32,000 nucleotides of DNA from positions 1,620,001 through 1,652,000 of the forward strand of contig NC_000854.2 of the NCBI RefSeq assembly GCF_000011125.1, given 5' to 3'. This document shows, in pieces, positions 9,914 to 17,527 of the stretch. The stretch's first letter is position 1. Every line of letters begins with the position of its first letter. This stretch comes from Aeropyrum pernix K1. GTDB lineage: Archaea; Thermoproteota; Thermoprotei_A; Sulfolobales; Acidilobaceae. The notes below the pieces were generated by a model, which was not told where the DNA came from, did no database searches, and saw only the letters and a program-made list of their open reading frames with translations. The position numbers and the translations under genes are program-made.

Positions 9914-9953
9914 AGCATATTAACTATATTAACAGCATATTAACTATATTAAC
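9914..9953. repeat. Perfect 2x20-bp tandem repeat containing four ATATTAAC octamers, upstream of the aioBA-like genes
   Basis: AGCATATTAACTATATTAAC at 9914-9933 and 9934-9953; octamers at 9917-9924, 9926-9933, 9937-9944, 9946-9953. Confidence 0.85.
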
Positions 9954-10098
9954 TAGGCTGTCTAGGAGCCATTTATGGAACCATTTATCTTTTGGGGACC
10001 CCGTCTACTGTAATTGTTACCGTTCTGACCTTCAATACACTGGCTTCAGGAAATAGACACAGAAGGTGTAAACATCCTACACAGTGTTGAAACCATGT

Positions 10099-10731
10099 TC
10101 AACCCTTAAGCCTACCTTTGTCTAAATTTAGTTTGAAATAGGCTTCAGCGCATCTCTCGTTGTGAAACACGAGGATCCTACCGTCGTCCAGCACAACAGT
10201 ATATGGCCTACCGACTATAATGCTCTGGCAGAAGGAGCATTTAGCTTGAACTTTTGTAAGTGGTTTCTCAGGTACCCAGGGCTCGTCTCCAACTTCCCTG
10301 TCGATGAATATTGTGTTTTCAACCTGGAAGCCTGCCTTCTCAATTCTTCTTACAATCTCGTCAACACCTCCAGGATCTAGAGTTCTTGCTAGCACTGCCC
10401 CGAAACCTCGCTTAGACGAGTAGAAGATCCTTTCTATCTCGCTGGATTTGACGGCGGAGATGTCTGTATTGCCGTCCTCGCCCTCTGGAGCCTGGAATAG
10501 TATTAGGTAGGTTAGGGCTCCGAGGACCTCGGGGTCTATTGAAGCCTTACAGCCTTTAATGACGCCCAGCGCCTTTAACCTCCTTATTCTTTTCCTCACG
10601 TTTGGAACGCTGACCCCTACGGCTTGGGATATTTTGTTAATGGCTGTGGTACAGTCATTGGCAAGTATTCTCAAAATCTCAATGTCGATTGCATCGATCC
10701 CCCGTGATCTTAGGCTCAATATGTCACCCAC
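10099..10731 (-). CDS. Lrp/AsnC-type transcriptional regulator with C-terminal TRASH-like metal-binding domain
   Basis: N-terminal IDIEILRILANDCTTAINKISQAVGVSVPNVRKRIRRLKALGVIKG (HTH_AsnC); C-terminal CSFCQSIIVGRPYTVVLDDGRILVFHNERCAEAYF resembles TRASH domains. Confidence 0.8.
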   Translation of the reverse strand: MGDILSLRSRGIDAIDIEILRILANDCTTAINKISQAVGVSVPNVRKRIRRLKALGVIKGCKASIDPEVLGALTYLILFQAPEGEDGNTDISAVKSSEIERIFYSSKRGFGAVLARTLDPGGVDEIVRRIEKAGFQVENTIFIDREVGDEPWVPEKPLTKVQAKCSFCQSIIVGRPYTVVLDDGRILVFHNERCAEAYFKLNLDKGRLKG

Positions 10732-10772
10732 TAATGGCTAGTGTTCAACTATCCTGTTAAAGCGGCAACTCG

Positions 10773-11426
10773 TCACACAAAACTTCCGAGTCTCAAGCTC
10801 GTAGAGCCCTGTATTCTCTTGGCTAGGACGTATGAGTTGTGGTGGAGAAGGAGGAGTGACCCTGCCGCTATGGGGATCCAAAACTTGGTTAGTACGAGGA
10901 CGAAGCTTATGGCTCCGAGGCCAAGGCCAGCTGCGGATAGTGCCACTGGTAAGATGCCTATGCAGCAGGAGGAGGCGGATATTAATGGTATAGCTGTGGA
11001 TACAATTGTTCTAAAAAGTGTTAGTTTCCCTCTCTCTAACCCTGCCCTATAAGCTTCCCCTAGTTCGACCCTGCAGTCGCAGTCCTGGGAGTTTAGATAC
11101 TGTATTAGGGTGATGTTGAGGGATAAGAACATACCGACTATGATTCCAAGCAGCAGGAGAGGCGTGTCAAGGACTATGATGACCCTTCCAAGGGAGACTG
11201 CTAAGGCTGGCAGGCTGGGGGCTATAAGGCTTGGAAACACTGAGATAGAGGCCTCAACAGAGCTGCCGAGTCTGAACATTCCAGACGCTGGAAGAAACAG
11301 TGTCAGGAACCCGGCGAATATCATTAGGAATCGTATTCTCCATTTGGGGAGTGATAATATGAAGCGAGATTTTCTATAGGGGTCTATTGTATAGTTTATC
11401 AACGATGTTCCAGGACTGAATCTCAT
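10773..11426 (-). CDS. Polytopic membrane protein with intramembrane Cys-Cys motif (possible metal or thiol transport component)
   Basis: Several hydrophobic segments; SSCCIGILPVALSAAGLGLG resembles the vicinal-Cys TM of MerT-like proteins; also DCDC. ATG start has a strong AAGGAGGGTG SD. Confidence 0.6.
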   Translation of the reverse strand: MRFSPGTSLINYTIDPYRKSRFILSLPKWRIRFLMIFAGFLTLFLPASGMFRLGSSVEASISVFPSLIAPSLPALAVSLGRVIIVLDTPLLLLGIIVGMFLSLNITLIQYLNSQDCDCRVELGEAYRAGLERGKLTLFRTIVSTAIPLISASSCCIGILPVALSAAGLGLGAISFVLVLTKFWIPIAAGSLLLLHHNSYVLAKRIQGSTSLRLGSFV

Positions 11427-11432
11427 GCTTAA

Positions 11433-12005
11433 TCACCCTCCTTGGACACTTTTTATGACAGACTCTAGCTCGCCAAGGCTAGGCGTTGTACCAGCGTAGA
11501 GAACGTTGCTGGACTTATCCATGATTACAATATAGTCAATACTTCTGACATTGAACTTTTCCACTAAGCTGCCGTCATCCATAACCATGATCCACGAAGG
11601 GTCACCATAGTTGGCTATAAATTTACGGAACATCTCCGGCGTGTCTGGTGGTGGGTAGCCTGGCTTGTTTAGACCTAGAGCCTTCAGCGCTTCTGCTGTC
11701 CAAAAGTCAATAGCAATGACGCTTATTTCCCTGTATTTTTCGGTGAGCCTGTCTAATAAATCAGCCATATATACGCACGAGGGGCACCAGGCTGCCATAA
11801 ACCAGAGGATAACAACATCGCCTCCAACATTATTAAGGCTGATTACTTCCCCGTCGATAGTTGTCAGTGAAAACGAAGCCTCTCGCTCCAGCACCTCCTC
11901 CGAATGCCCGGCGGCTCGAGGGATAGCTATGGTGTATGCTGTATATCCAGCTACTAGCAGGAGAACTATAGCGGCGGTAACAATAACAGCTTGCCTGGCG
12001 CCCAT
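11433..12005 (-). CDS. Membrane-anchored or exported thioredoxin-like (TlpA/redoxin) protein
   Basis: N-terminal hydrophobic signal/anchor MGARQAVIVTAAIVLLLVAGYTAYTI; VVILWFMAAWCPSCVYMADLLDRL thioredoxin CxxC. The track ORF extends to 12098, but the internal ATG at 12005 fits a signal peptide better. Confidence 0.78.
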   Translation of the reverse strand: MGARQAVIVTAAIVLLLVAGYTAYTIAIPRAAGHSEEVLEREASFSLTTIDGEVISLNNVGGDVVILWFMAAWCPSCVYMADLLDRLTEKYREISVIAIDFWTAEALKALGLNKPGYPPPDTPEMFRKFIANYGDPSWIMVMDDGSLVEKFNVRSIDYIVIMDKSSNVLYAGTTPSLGELESVIKSVQGG

Positions 12006-12364
12006 ACGTGATACGCCTTCACGCCTGTAATTTCGCGTGTCTAAACAGGCTACTCCAAAACTCTGCAATAGGTAGCTGCTGCTCGGAGCTGGAAGCATGC
12101 GTTAGCTCGAAGACCGTGTTCCCTCCACGGCTAACCTTGATAGACCAGATAAAAACTTGACTCATCTTGACACGCCTAATTATATAGTTGACGGTAGGCT
12201 GGATATTCCTACTGTGAAAAAGAGGATACTGTGGATGAGTGATGCGCGTTAAATGTAAGGCCTGTATTTAACTCTTACCGGAAATAGGCTTCTTTGGATC
12301 TCAGCATAGTAAGAAAATGAAACAAGGCTTAGAGGCTTTAGTGTAGAGGCATAGGGCTAGAATT

Positions 12365-12405
12365 GACAATGCTTCTAACGTTGCATTAGAATCATTATCA
12401 TTGTC
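12365..12405. other. Nested inverted repeat (candidate 3' RNA hairpin) just past the NikR-like gene
   Basis: GACAATG (12365-12371)/CATTGTC (12399-12405) enclosing TTCTAA (12373-12378)/TTAGAA (12386-12391), all perfect complements. Confidence 0.5.
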
Positions 12406-12421
12406 TGTCGGGAGAGGCTTG

Positions 12422-12820
12422 CTACACTGGTAACGACTGTACGCTAAGCACTCCGCTCAGGCTCCTCAACTTTTTAACGATAGTTCTCCAGTCGTCTTTA
12501 CCTCCTACTACGGCTATTGTTATACAGTAGGGGCCTTGAAGTATCTGGTGGTAGAGTGCTATGAGCTCCTCACTATACGAGTGTATGAGCCCCACTATGT
12601 TCTTGTCAACATATGGACTCGACTTGTGGTCGCTGAGTACCACGATGAGCCGGTAGCTGCCTGAGGACTTGTTATCCTCATCTTCCAGGAACGTTTGGAG
12701 AGCCGTCTTTATGAGGTCACTTCTGCTTTTGAAGCCGTACTCCTCTACGGCCCTGTCAACCTTCCTCACTAAATGGTCTGGCAGGCTTACGCTGACTACT
12801 GTTACCACTTCTCTCACCAA
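12422..12820 (-). CDS. NikR/CopG-family ribbon-helix-helix metalloregulator
   Basis: N-terminal RHH VVSVSLPDHLVRKVDRAVEEYGFKSRSDLIKTALQTFL; C-terminal NikR-like ACT-type domain with H-x10-H-x7-C. Confidence 0.8.
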   Translation of the reverse strand: MVREVVTVVSVSLPDHLVRKVDRAVEEYGFKSRSDLIKTALQTFLEDEDNKSSGSYRLIVVLSDHKSSPYVDKNIVGLIHSYSEELIALYHQILQGPYCITIAVVGGKDDWRTIVKKLRSLSGVLSVQSLPV

Positions 12821-12864
12821 TTAATAAATAGTCATTAGTAAGTTAATAAATCTTCATTAAGTAC
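12821..12864. promoter_or_regulatory. Imperfect 22-bp direct repeat in the NikR-like/P1B-ATPase divergent intergenic region
   Basis: TTAATAAATAGTCATTAGTAAG at 12821-12842 and TTAATAAATCTTCATTAAGTAC at 12843-12864 (16/22 identical). Confidence 0.45.
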
Positions 12865-12922
12865 TTGCAAAATTTAATATCCTATAAACCCCATGTTTAC
12901 TAAATGTTGGGTGTATACGGCA

Positions 12923-14758
12923 ATGGTGGAGAAGGGCCGTAAGCATGAAGAGGTAGAGGAGGCTCATGGGGATTACGGCCATGTTGAGAAGGAGATTTTC
13001 ATGGTAAACGGATTGCTAAGCGTGCTTGGCCTCATGCTATTGTTCCTAGGCATCCAGGAGGTCTCCATAGCTTCTCTATGGGTAATAACCCTTATACTAT
13101 CAATAGCGGCTGTCCGAGAGCTGGTTCTGGAGAGGAGGCTCACAGTCGAGCTCCTAATGGCTATAGTGGGCTTCATACTTGCATACCACGGGATAGTGTT
13201 TGAAGGACTCATAATAATGCTGCTCTACAGCTTCGCCGAGACTCTTGAGGCGCAGGTAGAGAAGCTGGCTCTCCGCAGGCTCGAAGAGGCTAAGAGGCTG
13301 ATACCGAAGAGGGTCAGGGTCGTCCGGGACGGGTCTATAGAAGAGGTGGATGCCTCGCAGGTAAAGCCTGGAGATGTTGTTCTAGTCAGGAAAGGCGAGG
13401 CGGTTCCAGTTGATGGAGTTCTCCTAGATACCGGAGTATTCGACCTCAGGCTCATTACGGGGGAGAGCGAGCCGGTTACTGTGGAAGGAGGGAGGGCTAT
13501 AGAGAGTGGTGCGATAAACGTTGGCCAGCCTGTTAAGGTTAAGGCTGTGAAGAGCCCTCTTGAGTCGACCATACAGAGGATAGTCTCCAGCGCTCTCGAG
13601 CTTCTTAGGGAGAAGGGGGCCACTCAGAGGCTTATAGATAGGCTTGCTCCCTACATGATAGTAATCGTCATAGGAGCGTTTATAGCGGCTTACATAACCC
13701 TTGGGCCGGAGAAAAGCGTAGTCCTACTACTAGCAGGATGTCCAAGCGCGTTTATAATAGCTAGCTCGGCAGCGACAAGCTACTCTATAGCAACCCTGGC
13801 GACAAGAGGCATAGTAGCAAGAGGAGGTAGAAGTCTAGAGGCTGCGGGCAAGATAAAGGCGGTAGTCCTGGATAAAACGGGCACAATTACAATGGGCACG
13901 CTGAAGCCTTCAAGAGTCGTGGTACTAAGAGGGGCGGCGAGCCAGGACGGACTTCTCAACCTGGTAGCTGCAGCAGCTTCAACCAGCCTACACCCCTTGA
14001 GCATAGCAATAGCGAGGCGTTGGAGGCCTATGGGTAATGTGGAGAAGGTGGAGGAAGTTCCTGGACGGGGACTGAGGGCTGTCGTCTCAGGTAGGACGCT
14101 CCTACTAGGGTCGGAGAGGTTCTTAGAGGAGGAGGTGGGATACAGGCCGGAGAACCCCTGTGTAGATGAGGTTCCAGTGTTCGCCCACGTGGACGGGACA
14201 ACCTTGGCTATCTGTATGAGTGAGGAAGTGGACGAGAAGACCAAAGCAGCCATAAATGAGATGAAGAGGATGGGGCTAAATCTTGTGCTAGCGAGCGGTG
14301 ATAGGAGGAATAAGGTGGAGAAGATTGCCAGAGAGCTCGGTATCGATGAATACCATGCCGAGCTCAAGCCCGAAGACAAGCTAGAGATAGTCAGTAAGGT
14401 AAGGGAGAAATATGATCCCGTCTCCATGATAGGTGATGGAGTCAACGACCTCGAAGCTCTAGCGGCGAGTGATCTGGGGGTTGCCGTGGGCAACATTGAT
14501 GCTGTAAGAAACCTTGCTGACGCAGTCCTTGTTAACGGAGTTGCAGACGCCCCGAGGCTCTACAGGATGGGCAGGTCATACCTGGCAGGCCTGAAGGCAG
14601 GCCTCGTGGCAGCTACCATAGTAAAGCTCGCGGTGATCATACTGGGTATTGGCGGTTCAATACCACTGTGGCTCGTGGCACTACTGGGCGACGACGGAAG
14701 CACTATCATAGGCAGTGTAGCCGCTGTAGCCGTGATACTCCTCACGTATAGGGGCTGA
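12923..14758 (+). CDS. P1B-type heavy-metal-translocating P-type ATPase
   Basis: LITGESEPV, DKTGTITMG, HP motif TSLHPLS, GDGVNDLEALAASD, TM6 GCPSA. The track ORF starts at 12893, but the in-frame ATG at 12923 lies better relative to the AT-rich promoter. Confidence 0.9.
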   Translation: MVEKGRKHEEVEEAHGDYGHVEKEIFMVNGLLSVLGLMLLFLGIQEVSIASLWVITLILSIAAVRELVLERRLTVELLMAIVGFILAYHGIVFEGLIIMLLYSFAETLEAQVEKLALRRLEEAKRLIPKRVRVVRDGSIEEVDASQVKPGDVVLVRKGEAVPVDGVLLDTGVFDLRLITGESEPVTVEGGRAIESGAINVGQPVKVKAVKSPLESTIQRIVSSALELLREKGATQRLIDRLAPYMIVIVIGAFIAAYITLGPEKSVVLLLAGCPSAFIIASSAATSYSIATLATRGIVARGGRSLEAAGKIKAVVLDKTGTITMGTLKPSRVVVLRGAASQDGLLNLVAAAASTSLHPLSIAIARRWRPMGNVEKVEEVPGRGLRAVVSGRTLLLGSERFLEEEVGYRPENPCVDEVPVFAHVDGTTLAICMSEEVDEKTKAAINEMKRMGLNLVLASGDRRNKVEKIARELGIDEYHAELKPEDKLEIVSKVREKYDPVSMIGDGVNDLEALAASDLGVAVGNIDAVRNLADAVLVNGVADAPRLYRMGRSYLAGLKAGLVAATIVKLAVIILGIGGSIPLWLVALLGDDGSTIIGSVAAVAVILLTYRG

Positions 14759-14988
14759 GAGTAGAGAATAGTTGTATACCATGCGTTGAAGAGGCTTTAG
14801 CAGGGGGAATTTACCCTTATTGATTAACTAACTCCATTCATAATAGTCGCTATTACCACATATCAAGCAATCTTAGACCGTTCTCGAATGCCTTGATATA
14901 ATTGCATGGCTGTTTATGGCGTCTAGGGCTGGAGATTAATGATAGGTTTAGGCGATCTTTTATGTCTACCCACAAGCTAAACTATGTT

Positions 14989-16161
14989 CTATCCCGGTGC
15001 CTCAACACCCTGTACGCATTCCGGCCATCCAACGGTGGTAGCTCGCTCTAGAATTTCGATTGAGAGGGCTGGATGAATCTCCGCCCACATTCCATGATCC
15101 GTGTCGAAGACGTAGACCCCGGTTACCCTCAACAGGTCGCCGGGACACACTCCGCCGCCTAGCAGACCGAGGACCTCGAAGTAGTCTCCGGGGACTACCT
15201 CTATGTGTAGCCCCCCTTTCCGGAGAAGTATGTTGCCTAGTCCAAGCAACCATCTTTCTTTAGGATCAATGTCAAATACGTAGTCACCATCCCCTGCGAA
15301 GCTCGGAATGTTTGATACCCTACCTTCGACCGTGAGGCACGTGTCCACTATCCTAAGCCTCTCCGGTGTGTGGGTTTCGGCGAACACGTTTTCGGCTGGA
15401 GGGCATTCTCCAGGCTCCAGTTGCGCCCATCTACCGTCGGTATAGTTCGTTGGGTTGAAGGGATTGAGAGCCGCTTTTGAGTTGAAAAGCAGTGCACTAC
15501 CGCCTAATAATACTCCGGCAGCTAGAAGGAATACGCCCAGAAGAGGGATGGCTCTCGAGTAGGCCTTGCCGATCAGGATCTTATCATGGAGGTAGAGTAG
15601 GGCCACAACCGCGACCGAGGCGACTAACGCTGGCACTGAGAGTAGCGAGTAGGTCGCCAGCCAGTAGAGGATTAGGGCTGAGCCTGCTAGAAAAGCCCCT
15701 GCCGAGTCGCCCCTGCTAGCGGACTTGAAGGCTGTGTAAGCGAAGGGTGCTGTGAAAACCCCATAGATAGCTAGGGAGGCGTGTATACCGTCATCTCCAT
15801 AATACAGGACTGCCACGGTTAGCGCCAGCAGCTGCTCAACACCGGCCAGGACAACGGCGGCAGTGGCAGGCCCGCCTCCCCGAGATAAAACCCCTGCTGC
15901 ATACACGCCGATGGGACGTAGTAAGAGGCTTACGAGGGCTACTACGGGGAAGACTGCCTTTGAGAGAACCAGGAGGGGGAGGGCTAGTGTATGGGCGGCC
16001 AAGATATATAGTGCCGCGTCCCTCGGCCTGTACGCCATAACCGCATAATACTCTACCGCGAATGTAAGGCCGTACCCGCTTGCCAGGGATGGTGCGTTTG
16101 TCATAGTTGAAATGGATAGTGAAGAGAGGGCTGTGAAGAGGGCGTCACGCTTACTCGGCAT
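14989..16161 (-). CDS. Uncharacterised polytopic membrane protein with C-terminal soluble beta-rich/OB-like domain
   Basis: Multiple TM segments followed by a ~125-aa hydrophilic domain (CLTVEGRVSNIPSFAGDGDYVFDID...VCPGDLLRVTGVYVFDTDHGMWAEIHPALSIEIL). Internal ATG used instead of the track start at 16185. Confidence 0.6.
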   Translation of the reverse strand: MPSKRDALFTALSSLSISTMTNAPSLASGYGLTFAVEYYAVMAYRPRDAALYILAAHTLALPLLVLSKAVFPVVALVSLLLRPIGVYAAGVLSRGGGPATAAVVLAGVEQLLALTVAVLYYGDDGIHASLAIYGVFTAPFAYTAFKSASRGDSAGAFLAGSALILYWLATYSLLSVPALVASVAVVALLYLHDKILIGKAYSRAIPLLGVFLLAAGVLLGGSALLFNSKAALNPFNPTNYTDGRWAQLEPGECPPAENVFAETHTPERLRIVDTCLTVEGRVSNIPSFAGDGDYVFDIDPKERWLLGLGNILLRKGGLHIEVVPGDYFEVLGLLGGGVCPGDLLRVTGVYVFDTDHGMWAEIHPALSIEILERATTVGWPECVQGVEAPG

Positions 16162-16274
16162 TATATGGCAGACACCTCCAGGCAACTATTGTTTACCGGG
16201 TTTGAAAGAAGCGATTACCTTGGAGAGCGGTATATACCAGAAAGCTGTTTCCCGGATCTGCAAAATCTTCTCAA

Positions 16275-17468
16275 TCACCCAGCGAAACTCTCTAGGAAGT
16301 TTAGTGTCAGTGCCACTGACTTCTTAAAAGATTCCCGGTTTTCATGGCCCAACCCGAGTCTGATGGTGCCCGGTAGTTTGAAGCACTCTCCAGGGTTCAC
16401 TAGTATACTGTGGGTTTGGTAGAGCTTGTATGCGAAGCTCAGCGTGTCACCCACGGTAGTTTCGACTAGGGCGTAGGCACCGGCGTCCGGACGCCACAGC
16501 TTGGCCGTTCTAAACCTGGTCGTGAGGTCCTCGAGGATTTCCAGGTTGGAGAGGACTATCCTCCTTCCCCTCTCGGCGAGCTTTTTCCAGACTCCTTTCT
16601 CTAGGATCTGCTCGGCTATGTGCTCGCTGGGCTTGGGTGGAGAGATTGTTGTGTAGTCTTTTACCATCCACATTCTATCCCTAAGCCTCCTCGAGGTTGC
16701 TGCTGCCCATCCTATCCTCAGTCCTGGGAGGCCGTAGACTTTCGATAGCCCTGAGACCGATATCGCGTGGGCCCCCTGCTCTAGGGCTGGTTCTAGGACT
16801 GTCGGTGCTGGCTCTGTAGAGTGCTCTAGGCCCCTGTACAGCTCGTCGAACACTAGTATGGAGCCTGTTCTCGCGGCTTCCGCCGCTATCTCGCCCAGAG
16901 CCTTGGGGCCGGCGACAGAGCCGGTGGGATTGTTTGGGTTGGTTATGAAGACAGCCCTGGGCTTCTCTCTCTTTATCAATTCCGCGTAGAGGCCTGGGTC
17001 TAGCTTCCATCGGTGCTCCCGCTTACGCCACGCCTCCAGTATTCTTGCCCCTCTCATCCTGAGGAGACCGTGTATCTGCATGTAATTGGGCATGTCGAAT
17101 AAAACCCTGTCCCCGGGGGCTACTAGGGATATAACCGAGAGTAAGTTCGCCTCGGCGGAGCCAGTGGTTATTATCACTTGTTCGCTATCCACAAGCCCCC
17201 TGTAGTATACGCTCGCCACACTCTCTCTAAGCCCCGGCTCGCCGAGGGTCCACCCGTACCCGAGCACAGCACTCCGGACGTCAAGGTCTACTCCCAGCTC
17301 GGTGAGCATCTCCGCTGCAGGAGGCTCTACACCGCTCTCGCTAAGGAGATATTTAGCACTGTTCTCGAGGGTACTCTGCCACCTCTCCAGGCAGAAGACG
17401 GGCAGGCCGGGGGCAGCCTCCCCCTCTGTGAGGAACTCCCTGTCTAAAGGATTTGCAGGGTTATCCAC
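16275..17468 (-). CDS. PLP-dependent class I/II aminotransferase
   Basis: TTGSAEANLL, VFITNPNNPTGSV, VFDELYRGLEH, SGLSKVYGLPGLRIGW, RLGLGH motifs. Confidence 0.88.
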   Translation of the reverse strand: MDNPANPLDREFLTEGEAAPGLPVFCLERWQSTLENSAKYLLSESGVEPPAAEMLTELGVDLDVRSAVLGYGWTLGEPGLRESVASVYYRGLVDSEQVIITTGSAEANLLSVISLVAPGDRVLFDMPNYMQIHGLLRMRGARILEAWRKREHRWKLDPGLYAELIKREKPRAVFITNPNNPTGSVAGPKALGEIAAEAARTGSILVFDELYRGLEHSTEPAPTVLEPALEQGAHAISVSGLSKVYGLPGLRIGWAAATSRRLRDRMWMVKDYTTISPPKPSEHIAEQILEKGVWKKLAERGRRIVLSNLEILEDLTTRFRTAKLWRPDAGAYALVETTVGDTLSFAYKLYQTHSILVNPGECFKLPGTIRLGLGHENRESFKKSVALTLNFLESFAG

Positions 17469-17527
17469 GAGACGGACACCACATCAGTTTAGATAAGGGC
17501 TTCGCCTTAATAGACGGTCACAGTAAA

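Noticed and set aside
12006-12420. Search for tRNA or C/D box sRNA in the largest intergenic regions
   Set aside because: No T-arm consensus (GGTTCRAATCC) and no convincing paired C (RTGATGA) and D (CTGA) boxes were found by eye. A covariance-model scan would be needed to exclude them.
13225-14496. Minus-strand ORFs (132 and 238 aa) inside the P1B ATPase gene
   Set aside because: Antisense shadow of a strongly conserved P-type ATPase; Ser/Thr-rich composition typical of spurious frames.
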